64,000 nucleotides of DNA. Source: a virus. How positions within the stretch are numbered: position 1 is the first letter of the stretch; each line of letters starts with the position of its first letter. The notes beneath the pieces are model-generated. The model did not search any database. It had not been told where the DNA came from and was given only the letters and a program-made list of their open reading frames with translations. The stretch covers positions 78,626 to 142,625 of IMG/VR virus record IMGVR_UViG_3300045988_070909; one strand, 5' to 3'. Below are positions 1 through 10,131 of the stretch, in pieces. Position numbers and translations under genes: made by a program.

Positions 1-792
1 CCATTGTTTAGCCTGGTTCTCGCATTGATTTTGGAAGCGATAAAGAACTTTGTTTGATAGCAGTCTGAGCTGATCACTAGTTAAGTTAGCATATTTATCT
101 CGTTTCAATCTACACATAGATCTAAACTCAGCATAACTTAATCCAGTATCACAGATTTTCAGAGCTATAGAAGGATTCAAACGAAGTTCCTTACTTACTA
201 CTAACAGTCTGTTAACAGCTTTACCTGTCACTGGGTCTTTACGATACAAGTCTTTCTGCATTTCTTGCTGTGTAAACCACAGTCCCATTTTTACAATGAA
301 GTTAAGCGTCAAATGAGAGTTGTCAAACAATCCCAAGGAATCTAAACAAGCATCCATAACTAAACTTACTGGTACTTCTCTAAACTCTACAGGGATTCCA
401 TTAAGAATCTCTCCAATTGGATAGACCTTAATAGCTTCATTAGTTAACACTTCCTTATTGTTTTTGATAACAACTTTCAAGTCTTCCAAACAACGTGTGT
501 TTGTGTATTGCTTTTCAGCTCTAAGCCATCTAATAAGAAGCTCTGCACGACATCTTTGTATTTGGTCGGACACAATTCCGAGTAATGTTACACGACCCGG
601 ATTCTTGGTATCAGAGTTGTACAACATTTGTTCACAATGATTGTAGAATCGTCTTAGCTGGTCATAACCTGCGTCTACCAATTTAATTTCCTCCTGGACC
701 CCATTTACCTTAGGTCCTTTCCATACATAGCTATTAACGTCGTTTGCTTTATCGCTCAAAGCCTCTCTCAGCTTATCTCCTAATACAGTCAT
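1..792 (-). CDS. hypothetical protein, 5' part only (ATG at 792, continues past window start)
   Basis: Long stop-free minus-strand reading frame from ATG at 790-792 to the window edge; not in the ORF track because the stop lies outside the window. Confidence 0.45.
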   Translation of the reverse strand, partial: MTVLGDKLREALSDKANDVNSYVWKGPKVNGVQEEIKLVDAGYDQLRRFYNHCEQMLYNSDTKNPGRVTLLGIVSDQIQRCRAELLIRWLRAEKQYTNTRCLEDLKVVIKNNKEVLTNEAIKVYPIGEILNGIPVEFREVPVSLVMDACLDSLGLFDNSHLTLNFIVKMGLWFTQQEMQKDLYRKDPVTGKAVNRLLVVSKELRLNPSIALKICDTGLSYAEFRSMCRLKRDKYANLTSDQLRLLSNKVLYRFQNQCENQAKQW

Positions 793-837
793 AAATTATT
801 CTTTAAAAATACTTCATAGTTTATCTCCTTTTTAATG

Positions 838-1161
838 TTAATCTAATAATATTTGTCCATCTTCAATGATAGGCTTTTCATGAATAAATTTCAAGAAAAT
901 TATATTACTATCCTTGTATGGAACAAAATCTTTACCATCGTACCATTTATCGATGCCTTCTTCTACGTATCTTAGTGAAACATAGCCGACATCTCCTAAT
1001 TTCATAGAACACTGGTTCCAATTCGGGAATCGAACACACATTATATCCTTGTAATCTAGATTATCATATTCTAGCCTTTCAAAGACATAATTAGCGTATC
1101 CCATCCCGTCCTCACATTCAGCAACAAATTTGACATGGTAAGTTACTTCTTTGGTTTCCAC
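838..1161 (-). CDS. hypothetical protein
   Basis: 107-aa ORF in the track; stacked on the same strand with its neighbours. Confidence 0.5.
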   Translation of the reverse strand: METKEVTYHVKFVAECEDGMGYANYVFERLEYDNLDYKDIMCVRFPNWNQCSMKLGDVGYVSLRYVEEGIDKWYDGKDFVPYKDSNIIFLKFIHEKPIIEDGQILLD

Positions 1162-1352
1162 ACTTCAAATGTATTAATATCCTCGAACTTCCTACAACCA
1201 TAAGAAGCGAAGTCTCCTTGCAGCTTATCCATGTTAGGCAAGCAAGGGTAATTCTTACACCTAGTGCAGCTACGTTCAGGATGTTTGTAGTGAAAACCAT
1301 CTTTGTCCTTAAACATTACTTCAGTAATAGGCATAATAATATTAATACACAT
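1143..1352 (-). CDS. small Cys-rich hypothetical protein
   Basis: 69-aa ORF with paired CxxC motifs. Confidence 0.35.
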   Translation of the reverse strand: MCINIIMPITEVMFKDKDGFHYKHPERSCTRCKNYPCLPNMDKLQGDFASYGCRKFEDINTFEVWKPKK

Positions 1353-1690
1353 GAACCAGCAGTGCCATATTTAATGACATTCTGCTTCTTTTTTAAAGAC
1401 TTATTAAGACCTTCAATAGATCTATTTTTATCTTCAATTATGTTTCCATAATACAGTAACTGAACTCTACGAAGAGAATCCGTTTTTTCCCAACTCTTAT
1501 TTATTAGTTCTAGATTAGTTATTCGCTTATTCAATAACGGAACAGTTTCAGACAACTTCTGATGCTCAGCAAATATCAGATTAGTTGTTTTTAGTTGCTC
1601 GCTGGTTATTGTAACGGTCGATGTATTCTGAGAAAAAGCACAAATTGATGCTATCAGAACTAGACATAATAGTAGATACTTTCTCATCAT
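1316..1690 (-). CDS. secreted hypothetical protein (signal peptide)
   Basis: 124-aa ORF with a hydrophobic N-terminus (LLCLVLIASICAFSQ). Confidence 0.5.
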   Translation of the reverse strand: MMRKYLLLCLVLIASICAFSQNTSTVTITSEQLKTTNLIFAEHQKLSETVPLLNKRITNLELINKSWEKTDSLRRVQLLYYGNIIEDKNRSIEGLNKSLKKKQNVIKYGTAGSCVLILLCLLLK

Positions 1691-1886
1691 ACTCTTTGTC
1701 TATATACTTAATTTTCTCCACGATGGAATCGTTAACTATATAGATGCTATCTCTAATTATAGAATCCCTTACTATTTCCTGCACATTAGGTGGAGAAACT
1801 GTGGTTTCCTTCTTAGGTATTAGCAAATAAATAATTAACAATCCCATCAAGGCTATTAAGATATAGCAAAACTTAGTCCTGTTCAT
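1581..1886 (-). CDS. small membrane protein
   Basis: 101-aa ORF with one transmembrane segment. Confidence 0.4.
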   Translation of the reverse strand: MNRTKFCYILIALMGLLIIYLLIPKKETTVSPPNVQEIVRDSIIRDSIYIVNDSIVEKIKYIDKEYDEKVSTIMSSSDSINLCFFSEYIDRYNNQRATKNN

Positions 1887-2457
1887 TCAGATCAACGCCT
1901 ATTGCCTTGGCTTTAGTTACCAGTTCAGCGCATTTAACTACATCTATACCTTCTTTAGCTAGATTCAAAGCTTGCTTCTCTTTATCAGAGAGATTTTTGA
2001 TTTCATTTTTGAGGGCTTCTTTTCTTTCAAACCGAGCTTTCATTTGGTTATATCCCTTAATGATACGCTCTGGATTTTCTTTCAAGAAAGTAAGCTCCTG
2101 TTCCAAGAATGCTTTTACCAGCACTTTACCTGCTACACCTCTAGATGTAGTATAAATAGCTGGACACTTTGGATCATGAAGAGCCTTATCGTAAGCCTTC
2201 TTCTGTCCCTTAGCCAAATCGAAGGTATCACTAGGATTACATACTGCAATACCAACGGTTACTACTCTACAGATTCTAGCATAGTCCGGATCATTTGTGC
2301 ATATGTATTCATCGGGAGCCACCCAACCTACTGCTAAGACACAATCATCCTCACTTACTTCAGCAGCCTGACTTAAAGCACAAGCTACAATTTTACGTTC
2401 TTCACCCTTAAAGTCTACAAATGAGTCTACCATGTACTCAATCACATCCTGTTTCAT
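1873..2457 (-). CDS. hypothetical protein
   Basis: 194-aa ORF ending in TAA. Confidence 0.55.
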   Translation of the reverse strand: MKQDVIEYMVDSFVDFKGEERKIVACALSQAAEVSEDDCVLAVGWVAPDEYICTNDPDYARICRVVTVGIAVCNPSDTFDLAKGQKKAYDKALHDPKCPAIYTTSRGVAGKVLVKAFLEQELTFLKENPERIIKGYNQMKARFERKEALKNEIKNLSDKEKQALNLAKEGIDVVKCAELVTKAKAIGVDLNEQD

Positions 2458-2722
2458 TTTCTACAATTTTAAAACCGTTATTAATTAAATATTCTTCGGG
2501 AGCAAATTGTAATTCAAAGAACCTATGCAGAGAGTATTTCTTCCTCTTACAGCATAGTTGATTCTTTTTCAATACAATGGGTTTATTAGAAGAGTAGTAT
2601 TTTTCTTCCATTAGAGCAGCTCCCCAGCTCCATATTTGATATACTGAACTACAGTAGATAAACTTATCATGCGTATGCACAATCTGTTTATCCTTCTCGT
2701 AAGTCCTCCGTGAGGTCGTCAT
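2438..2722 (-). CDS. hypothetical protein
   Basis: 94-aa ORF. Confidence 0.4.
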   Translation of the reverse strand: MTTSRRTYEKDKQIVHTHDKFIYCSSVYQIWSWGAALMEEKYYSSNKPIVLKKNQLCCKRKKYSLHRFFELQFAPEEYLINNGFKIVENETGCD

Positions 2723-3161
2723 AAAATACCTTTATAATCTTAAAAATGAATTGATTCTTTTGAGTATTATAACAGTCATTCCAGCTACATTTCTGATAGT
2801 GAGATAGTAGTTCGGAAGCTTTTACACCCGTATACACATTTCTGCAAAAGCTATCGTCATCATCACAATCTGCTGCGTTTATGGTGTACTTTCCAATAGA
2901 AATCGCATAATGATAATGACTTCCCGCTACTTCGCTAAACTTTTCTTCTAGTTCATAATCCTCGTAAATAATGACTTTGAACTTGAATTTATCTCTACTT
3001 AGTAGCCTGGCTAGACAGTATGCTATATAGCAACACCCTCCACAATTAACGTCATATTCCTCATTTAAGAATCTACAAAGCTTATTCAGCCTCTCCGCTA
3101 GAATCTCCTGAATCTCCTGAGACTTCGAGTTTAATTTCCTCCTTTGCCTTTTTAAACTCAT
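2688..3161 (-). CDS. hypothetical protein
   Basis: 157-aa ORF. Confidence 0.5.
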   Translation of the reverse strand: MSLKRQRRKLNSKSQEIQEILAERLNKLCRFLNEEYDVNCGGCCYIAYCLARLLSRDKFKFKVIIYEDYELEEKFSEVAGSHYHYAISIGKYTINAADCDDDDSFCRNVYTGVKASELLSHYQKCSWNDCYNTQKNQFIFKIIKVFYDDLTEDLREG

Positions 3162-3384
3162 CTAAGTACCTACCTAAAGTTATAACTTCATCTTTTCCGA
3201 ACTTTTTTCTTACTGCATAATGGCGACATCGCTCTATAGCAGCTTCTAGGGGATAGCCGTAGCCCTCCACTTTAAATTCTTTTCTCGGATTTTTCCCACC
3301 AATATCATACAACAATTCCAAGTCAAACCTCGGAGAAGATTCACTAATGGGAGTAAGTCTGTAAAAAGGACCTTCAATTACCAT
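3082..3384 (-). CDS. hypothetical protein
   Basis: 100-aa ORF. Confidence 0.45.
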   Translation of the reverse strand: MVIEGPFYRLTPISESSPRFDLELLYDIGGKNPRKEFKVEGYGYPLEAAIERCRHYAVRKKFGKDEVITLGRYLDEFKKAKEEIKLEVSGDSGDSSGEAE

Positions 3385-3393
3385 TTTATTTTG

Positions 3394-4203
3394 TTATTTA
3401 CAAACGTCTATTACAGTTAAGTTCTCGTTGCTGGGACGATAATTAATATCCCTATGAGAATTAGATACAATAACCTGGTCAAAATTATTACACATATTAA
3501 CCAGGCCTTTATCATTAACTGCATGACATACGATTATGATAAACTTGCTATTTGGATATCTCTCTTTGAGAACCTTAAGCTCTCCTAGGAAAGTTCCTCC
3601 AGCATCACACAAGTCATCAATGAACACAAATGTAGAATAGTAGCAATTCTTAGACTCCTCTATTTCAAAGGACTCAATTCTTCCAGTCTCTAGATTTCTT
3701 TCCTTTTTGAAGACTAAATAACCATAGTGAGAATAGTTACTTCCATATCTGTCCTTCGCCCCATGGTCTGGGAACACGATATTACTTTGGGCTGGAATCC
3801 AAGAGTGGTGTCCAAATTCCCAAGGTAAACATCTGTCACCAAGAAGATGAAAAGTTCTACTAGAATGTGCCTCAAGAACATATATGTTTCTATAGCCTAA
3901 GCTATTTAACATATTACATACTACTTTCAAGGAGAATGGACGATTAAAACTCATTACTCTATCCATACGCATAGACATTAAATAAGTAATGTGTAAATCC
4001 CATTCTACTTCTTGTCTATCTAAAATATCTCCTACTTGCATTAAGAGGAATAAATCCTCAGTATTAGATATTCTACAAATGACATCAATAGATTCCTTTC
4101 TGTTTAATTCCTCAGTAAGGAAAAACTGAGGCTCTCCATCAGGAAATCTAGTAACATCGTACTTAATTTCACTGATTTCCTTGTTGATTAAGTTTAATTT
4201 CAT
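3394..4203 (-). CDS. prs: ribose-phosphate pyrophosphokinase (PRPP synthetase)-like
   Basis: RFPDGE (cf. Prs RFSDGE), LEAHS (cf. DLHA) and PRPP-binding FIDDLCDAGGT (cf. VDDMIDTGGT) motifs. Confidence 0.75.
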   Translation of the reverse strand: MKLNLINKEISEIKYDVTRFPDGEPQFFLTEELNRKESIDVICRISNTEDLFLLMQVGDILDRQEVEWDLHITYLMSMRMDRVMSFNRPFSLKVVCNMLNSLGYRNIYVLEAHSSRTFHLLGDRCLPWEFGHHSWIPAQSNIVFPDHGAKDRYGSNYSHYGYLVFKKERNLETGRIESFEIEESKNCYYSTFVFIDDLCDAGGTFLGELKVLKERYPNSKFIIIVCHAVNDKGLVNMCNNFDQVIVSNSHRDINYRPSNENLTVIDVCK

Positions 4204-4624
4204 CTACTACATATTTTAAGATTTCATAACTTTCTTCTAGACCTGCCCTATCATCTAGGAGGATATTATAATAGGGTTTCTCAGAATTAGGAAATACAGG
4301 ACTTTCATTTGTATATAGCTCAAAGTCTTCATCCAGACCTAATAATTTAGCAGTTTTCATCTGTTTAATACATAGCTCTTGAAGATTTGTTTCACAGGTA
4401 AACAATATCAAATGAAATCCCAATTTATAACACTTATTAAGTAAATTTATGACTTCACTATAATCTCCTCCATTATTATGGTAATCGAAAATAGTATTAT
4501 CAAAATCGAAAGCGACTATTAGCTTTCCGTATTTATGATACTCTTCTAATAGTCGTTTCTTGCAAGCTTCTTTCCCAAAAGGATGATTAAAGTCCATGGT
4601 CAATTCTTTGTCTGATTTCTTCAA
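4169..4624 (-). CDS. HAD-superfamily hydrolase-like protein
   Basis: N-terminal FDFDNT (DxDxT) HAD motif I. Confidence 0.5.
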   Translation of the reverse strand: MKKSDKELTMDFNHPFGKEACKKRLLEEYHKYGKLIVAFDFDNTIFDYHNNGGDYSEVINLLNKCYKLGFHLILFTCETNLQELCIKQMKTAKLLGLDEDFELYTNESPVFPNSEKPYYNILLDDRAGLEESYEILKYVVDEIKLNQQGNQ

Positions 4625-6089
4625 GAGAATATTCTTTCTTCAAGATACCATCTTCAAAGACAGTCTCTAAGCATCCCTCTTTTTCCTCCTCGATTGAGAC
4701 CTGGTCGGTAGCAGTATACTTCCCATCCAGACCTTTATAGACAGCAATCAAACCTTTCAAAGAGTTCTTAGTACCATCATCAGTTTTAGGATGTTTGAAG
4801 ATTTCTTTCAATTCGCCATTTACTACGCAAGCAGTAGCCTTAATAGCAAACCCAAGACTATCTCTACTTGCATACTGATAGGAATATGAACCTACTCCCA
4901 GAACGAGATTACAAGCCGCCATATGAGCGTTTTCTAATCTCAAGTAGATTTGCTTTTGACGTTCTAGAGTAATAGAATCTCCATAAAGCAGACCAACCTT
5001 AGTGCTAGGATAACGGTAATCCTTTGAAGTAGTATTCCATCCGAAGATTTTACCAAGCATATAATATGCCCCATAATATTGACCTTCGGACACTTCAACA
5101 TACTCTGCATCGTCGTTAAACGGAGCATAGCAGCAATAATACTTACCTTCTTTCATTCTGGTATTGAAGTGAGGATTAGTTCTCAACCCGCAGATTATAT
5201 CTACTGGGTCTCCACTATCAGGACGGATTACTACTCTACCATCACGAGCCATAATGTCTTTCTTCAGCTTGGGCAAGAAATTTTCAATTACATTCCAGAA
5301 ATCCCAAGTATCAGATACAATAGAAACAAACCCAGAAGGATACAAATCATTAATTAGACGTTTGAAAGTGCCCAGCTCATCTTCCTCCCCTCCAGCACAC
5401 ATTACAGAGTGTTCTGTTGCTGGAACTGTAGCAGCAATCAATTCCTCGTCTGAATTAGCTCCATAATATTCTTCCAAAGCAGCAATAGCTGGAATAGTTT
5501 CACTTCCCACAAAAGAAGTCATATGCGCCATACCAGATATAATTGCGGCTTCCATTCCCGCCATACCTCGCATTGAGAAATCATGACAACAAAAACCAAG
5601 ATTTACATCTGTTGGAAAACCAGTCTTGCAAGCATGACGATGTAGCTCTTTCTTATAAAGCCTAGCTCTAGTAGCAGATGTGCATGGCATCCACAAGGTA
5701 CAGCTGATAATAGTCTCTAAGTAGTTAGTTAACCAAAAGAACTCGGGTAGAGTATTTGTAATGGTCATCATGGGAACCCGAATAGGGCACACAGAACCTT
5801 CAGGAAGAGCCTTTATGCGAATTGGTAGATACCCAAGGTCATATAAAGCTTCAATATGTCTGTACCCAACGGATTCAATACCAACAAAGTTGTTTACTCT
5901 ACGATAGAACATCTCCACAGCTTCCTTCTTTGGTAGATTAAAGAAGTTTTTCTCAAACTGTTTAATGAGATATTCTTTGATTAGGTATTGAATACCAAAT
6001 ACTACTGAACCTTCGGTTGCTTCTGGGAAGTATTTATTACTTCTAGGAGTCCAGTTACTATAAACTTGTTCAGTACCTTCGGGGTACAT
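4587..6089 (-). CDS. nadV: nicotinamide phosphoribosyltransferase (NAMPT/NadV)
   Basis: 500-aa ORF with a NAMPT-like core (PATEHSV ... SDTWD, cf. SDSYD); adjacent to the PRPP synthetase gene. Confidence 0.85.
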   Translation of the reverse strand: MYPEGTEQVYSNWTPRSNKYFPEATEGSVVFGIQYLIKEYLIKQFEKNFFNLPKKEAVEMFYRRVNNFVGIESVGYRHIEALYDLGYLPIRIKALPEGSVCPIRVPMMTITNTLPEFFWLTNYLETIISCTLWMPCTSATRARLYKKELHRHACKTGFPTDVNLGFCCHDFSMRGMAGMEAAIISGMAHMTSFVGSETIPAIAALEEYYGANSDEELIAATVPATEHSVMCAGGEEDELGTFKRLINDLYPSGFVSIVSDTWDFWNVIENFLPKLKKDIMARDGRVVIRPDSGDPVDIICGLRTNPHFNTRMKEGKYYCCYAPFNDDAEYVEVSEGQYYGAYYMLGKIFGWNTTSKDYRYPSTKVGLLYGDSITLERQKQIYLRLENAHMAACNLVLGVGSYSYQYASRDSLGFAIKATACVVNGELKEIFKHPKTDDGTKNSLKGLIAVYKGLDGKYTATDQVSIEEEKEGCLETVFEDGILKKEYSLEEIRQRIDHGL

Positions 6090-6150
6090 TCAGTGATGGC
6101 CCAACTTGTAACCATCTGTAGCATTAATTATTTCCATTCTAAAAATTATT

Positions 6151-6675
6151 TTAATAACTAATTGTTAATAAACTTTTCATGCCTTTACCACTAGCTAAAT
6201 TCTTAAAACACTGAGTGATAAATTCCTTCGTTTCTGGATGGATAGCCCTAGGAGAATTTATATACTTAATCCACCAGTTATATTCTCCTTGAAAACTATT
6301 ACCGTTGTATACTTTACCAGCAGCCAGATAATCGCATACCAATTCTAGAGCATACTCTTTAGGCATCTTCACTGGAACACCGCCAATGTCTAGCTTAGTT
6401 ACCCAGTATTCATAATGGTGTGGATTTCTTCCTCTGTGATGTAAATAAGACCTAGAATATCCTAGAATTTCTTTTTCCTTGTTTAAGGGAGATGTGTCAT
6501 CATCGTAAAATTTTACAGAACGAGAGAACTCATACCATCCGAATTTAGATAAGTCGTGCAAGATGCCCTGTTTGTATAAACCTAACTGAAAACAGTAATA
6601 AGCTACCCAAAACTTATGTCTAAGTATTCGCCTAAGATGTTTCAGTGTTATACACATACATTTAAGAATTTCCAT
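6151..6675 (-). CDS. putative HD-domain phosphohydrolase
   Basis: LHDLSKF and HH...HHYEYW metal-binding-like motifs. Confidence 0.4.
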   Translation of the reverse strand: MEILKCMCITLKHLRRILRHKFWVAYYCFQLGLYKQGILHDLSKFGWYEFSRSVKFYDDDTSPLNKEKEILGYSRSYLHHRGRNPHHYEYWVTKLDIGGVPVKMPKEYALELVCDYLAAGKVYNGNSFQGEYNWWIKYINSPRAIHPETKEFITQCFKNLASGKGMKSLLTISY

Positions 6676-6744
6676 ATCTTCTTCACTATTCTAGTTAGAA
6701 AATTATTTCCTCTTAGATTGAACTTATGTGTATATCCAGACAAC

Positions 6745-6996
6745 TTATCTGGATTCCACACAGCATGAACTATATAGAATAAATATCCTACTGTGTATAG
6801 CATAATGTTCAGTACTGGGATAAATCCTAGGATTAGTATTACTAAAAACTAGCCACACTGGAACTTTAAGGTCATAGTCTTCTTCTATAAGTGCCACACT
6901 TCTGCTATACCCATTGTAATAAACGGTTACATGGGTATCTTTCAAGATAAGCACCGTGATGATTACCATCACAGTGCATATTACTAGATACATCAT
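6745..6996 (-). CDS. small membrane protein
   Basis: 83-aa ORF with a hydrophobic N-terminus. Confidence 0.35.
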   Translation of the reverse strand: MMYLVICTVMVIITVLILKDTHVTVYYNGYSRSVALIEEDYDLKVPVWLVFSNTNPRIYPSTEHYAIHSRIFILYSSCCVESR

Positions 6997-7820
6997 TTGT
7001 TATTAGCTACATCTTTAAATAAGGTGGGAACCTGACCATAAGTAGGAAGTTTTCCATCCCACTTCTTAATCATATCCTGCTGAACTATGAGAACTGACAA
7101 AGATGCTGAAATCTTTCTATTATATTCAGCTTCTGCATCACCCTTAATCTTAAGAGCTTCTGCCTCTCCTTGTGCAGCTGCTACTTTCTTTTTAGCTTCT
7201 GCCTCAATAGTCTTAACTTCATTCTCTGCCTTCAAAGCCTGTTGAATTGCAGCATTCTTAGCATCAATAGAATTGACTAGCGTCTGTGGATATTGAAGAC
7301 CAGAAGTCATTTGTTCAAGCTGAAAATTCTCAGCCAAGAGTTCCTTTGACAGTCTATCTTCTATAGACTTCTCAAACTCCTCACGTTTACTTACTAGTTC
7401 ATCAGTAGTATAGTTATTCAGCTGAATGCGAAAAGCATTCTTTACGTAATTATACAAAGTAGTGTTAATTACCTCTACAATATCTTCCTTTCTATACTTC
7501 TTAAATACTTCTGGTGATTTCCCGTCAACAATCTTCAAAGAAATTGTAGGGTCTACAGTAAATGATGATCCATCTTTAGCATTAATACTGAAAGGAGGAT
7601 AGTCCACAGTCTGTACGAATGTAGGATATTCATATACAGCCGTAGTAACAGGATTGTACCATACCGCACCAGTAACAAGAGACACATCGTCTACTCCTTT
7701 ACCATCTCCGTATAGATTTACCTTGATGCCTTCATAACCAGCATCAATTCTCTCATAGCCACAACTAGATAAGCCAAACACTAAAGTTAATACGCACAAA
7801 ATCTTAATAATTGTCTTCAT
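6993..7820 (-). CDS. SPFH/band-7 (prohibitin/HflC-like) lipoprotein
   Basis: Lipobox LSSC after a signal peptide; band-7 core followed by an Ala/Glu/Lys-rich coiled coil. Confidence 0.65.
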   Translation of the reverse strand: MKTIIKILCVLTLVFGLSSCGYERIDAGYEGIKVNLYGDGKGVDDVSLVTGAVWYNPVTTAVYEYPTFVQTVDYPPFSINAKDGSSFTVDPTISLKIVDGKSPEVFKKYRKEDIVEVINTTLYNYVKNAFRIQLNNYTTDELVSKREEFEKSIEDRLSKELLAENFQLEQMTSGLQYPQTLVNSIDAKNAAIQQALKAENEVKTIEAEAKKKVAAAQGEAEALKIKGDAEAEYNRKISASLSVLIVQQDMIKKWDGKLPTYGQVPTLFKDVANNK

Positions 7821-8016
7821 TTTCCTTATTTAAGTAATGTTTCTTAATATATTTGAATATCCTATAAACTAAACTTGGGATTGCCACTAGTAATAGTAAC
7901 AACCCCAAGATATTTGCAGCATACAATGATTCGGATAATAACCATAAGCTGATGTTGTAAATTACAACGATTAATAGAACGGCAACAAATGCCTTAATTA
8001 AGTTTTTCTCGACCAT
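7804..8016 (-). CDS. small membrane protein
   Basis: 70-aa ORF with two hydrophobic helices. Confidence 0.4.
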   Translation of the reverse strand: MVEKNLIKAFVAVLLIVVIYNISLWLLSESLYAANILGLLLLLVAIPSLVYRIFKYIKKHYLNKENEDNY

Positions 8017-8257
8017 AGAATAATATATTCTCTATTGCCGCTTTTATTATACCATAGTAGTACATTATCCTCTGTAATATCTACATACGGGTCATAATAA
8101 ATATACGCGGCAAACATTATGCACACAATTATAAACGCAATCATGATTTATCGAGTTTTAATAGACCCAGGTCTGGTAGTTGCAGCCTGAAAGTCTTTTC
8201 CTTGTTTATCCCACCATGCTTGCTTTGCTTTTAACCAAGCTACTTTTTTCTTATACT

Positions 8258-9274
8258 TCATTGTTCGGAAATTATTACGATACGATTAAATTCATTATCT
8301 CCAAATTCAGTGGTAATTCCACATCCCTTAACAACCAATTTATCCTCTGGAGCACCATAGCTAATCAGAGCCTTCTTCATAGATTCTGCCCTAGCTACAG
8401 CAAGGTTATTATTAAACTCTTCTGGACCTTCTTCCGAAGCATATCCCTCAATCACATAAGTTTTTCCACTATTAGAAATATAGGAAGCTAGTTCTGAGAC
8501 AGCCACATTGGAAGTTTTAGAAATCTCTGAAGAATTTTGAAGGAATTGAATTTTTGGAGTCAAAAGCTCTACTTTAGTAATTTCGATTGTGTCCGTCTTA
8601 ACAATTTCTATTGGTTTACGAGCCATAAGTTCCTCATTCTTGGCTCTCAACTCATTAATAGAAGCGTTTAGGCTTTCAACCTCGGCATCACTATACAACT
8701 TCATAATTGGAAAGTCCCCCTTGCTAGACTTAAAGCGATAGGTAGCACCAATATAGACGTTAAACTCATGATTCAGAGGAGAAGTCTTGGGAAGTAACAT
8801 ATACTCAGGAGTAACATTTAATGCCCATCTATTAGAGATATTAAAGTTACATCTAACGGCTCCACGGGCGGATACATTATTATAGACATCTCCATAAGTA
8901 TGATACCAACCAGCACCAACGATTAGTATAGGCTCAAACAGACGCCTATCTCCGTTATATCCACATATCAGGTTAGTAAGATTGGTAGTAACGTTAGCTG
9001 TCAAATTATGTGAATCAAAGAATGTTTTATTTCCTTGGTTCATTCCAGCCATCATGTCTAACTCCAAGCCAAAGATAGGAGTAATCTCCTTACCAATAGC
9101 AATGTTTACTAGTACATCATTTGGTTCAGCCCAACTTCTTGAGTTGTCCCAAGTTGTGGTACCTACATTACCAGAAACATACCAGTTATCTTTCAAACTT
9201 CCAGTTTCAACAACTTGTGCGCTAGCAAACACGCACATTAAACACAAACAAATAATACTAAAAATTTTCTTCAT
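8258..9274 (-). CDS. OmpA-family outer membrane protein
   Basis: Signal peptide, beta-strand-rich N-terminal half and C-terminal OmpA-like domain (YVIEGYASEEG...NLAVARAESMKKALISYG). Confidence 0.7.
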   Translation of the reverse strand: MKKIFSIICLCLMCVFASAQVVETGSLKDNWYVSGNVGTTTWDNSRSWAEPNDVLVNIAIGKEITPIFGLELDMMAGMNQGNKTFFDSHNLTANVTTNLTNLICGYNGDRRLFEPILIVGAGWYHTYGDVYNNVSARGAVRCNFNISNRWALNVTPEYMLLPKTSPLNHEFNVYIGATYRFKSSKGDFPIMKLYSDAEVESLNASINELRAKNEELMARKPIEIVKTDTIEITKVELLTPKIQFLQNSSEISKTSNVAVSELASYISNSGKTYVIEGYASEEGPEEFNNNLAVARAESMKKALISYGAPEDKLVVKGCGITTEFGDNEFNRIVIISEQ

Positions 9275-9290
9275 AATTCTATTAATTAAA

Positions 9291-9725
9291 TTAATCCCAC
9301 CAAGACCTCATACGTTCAAACTTTAGTTTGTTGTATAAGTACCAGGCTTTTTCTCTTCTCAGATAATCTTTAAGGATTGGAGTATTCCAATCGAGATCAG
9401 CAGCCTTAGGGTGGAATCGATTCCAATTTTTAGTATTTATGTGTCTATCTACAAATCCCTTTGACCCAGGTCTAAAGTCATGGTGATACGCAGAATCTAT
9501 TTCTAGCACAATATCTAATAGCTTTAGTGCTAGATTTAGCTCTTTTTCGACACGTTCATTGCCTTCCGCAATTCTAGATACCTTAAAGTATTCATACATT
9601 CTAATTAGGGCTTGTTTCTCTAAAGAGAGAACAAATCCATAATCGAATGGATAAAACTTCATAGCTTCTTTGATAAGTTTCTTATTCTTATTCTTTCTTA
9701 GTTTCATATTCCTGACTTGCTTCAA
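9291..9725 (-). CDS. hypothetical protein
   Basis: 144-aa ORF. Confidence 0.5.
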   Translation of the reverse strand: MKQVRNMKLRKNKNKKLIKEAMKFYPFDYGFVLSLEKQALIRMYEYFKVSRIAEGNERVEKELNLALKLLDIVLEIDSAYHHDFRPGSKGFVDRHINTKNWNRFHPKAADLDWNTPILKDYLRREKAWYLYNKLKFERMRSWWD

Positions 9726-10131
9726 CTGCTAATTTATCTGCGAGATTATTCATCTGAGAAAAGAAGTCTGAACTTGAAGTATGTCCTTTCACCCAACAAA
9801 AATCTATATTAGGACAAAATTGCTTTGCCTTATTTAAGACCTTGTCGTATAAATTCCATAACTCTACGTTCTTCTTTCTTTTCCATCCTTTAGTAGCACA
9901 TCCTATGACGTACTGAGAATCTGAGTAAATAGTCAGAGATTCGATTTTACGACTTACTGCATTTAGAGCATAAATTACTGCTAACAACTCACATTTATTA
10001 TTAGTAGTATTAGGAATCATCTTACTAAATTCATAGGCTTTTTCCCCATCAATTACGAATACAACTCCTACTCCTCCTGTGTCTCTAGACGAGCTAAAAG
10101 CTCCATCAGTGAACACTTCTAGCCTGCTCAT
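9688..10131 (-). CDS. rnhA: ribonuclease H
   Basis: TDGA...ELLA...IYSDSQY...WVKGH...NNLADKLA RNase HI motifs. Confidence 0.8.
   Translation of the reverse strand: MSRLEVFTDGAFSSSRDTGGVGVVFVIDGEKAYEFSKMIPNTTNNKCELLAVIYALNAVSRKIESLTIYSDSQYVIGCATKGWKRKKNVELWNLYDKVLNKAKQFCPNIDFCWVKGHTSSSDFFSQMNNLADKLAVEASQEYETKKE

Noticed and set aside
458-640. Plus-strand ORF 458-640, and similar short plus-strand ORFs in block 1 (1218-1451, 1907-2337, 5079-5466, 8180-8491, 8982-9326, 13069-13278, 15526-15708, 16244-16462, 16851-17204, 25071-25292, 26268-26882, 27907-28119, 28342-28569)
   Set aside because: Each lies fully inside a longer minus-strand gene with a better coding signal, and all confident neighbours are on the minus strand.
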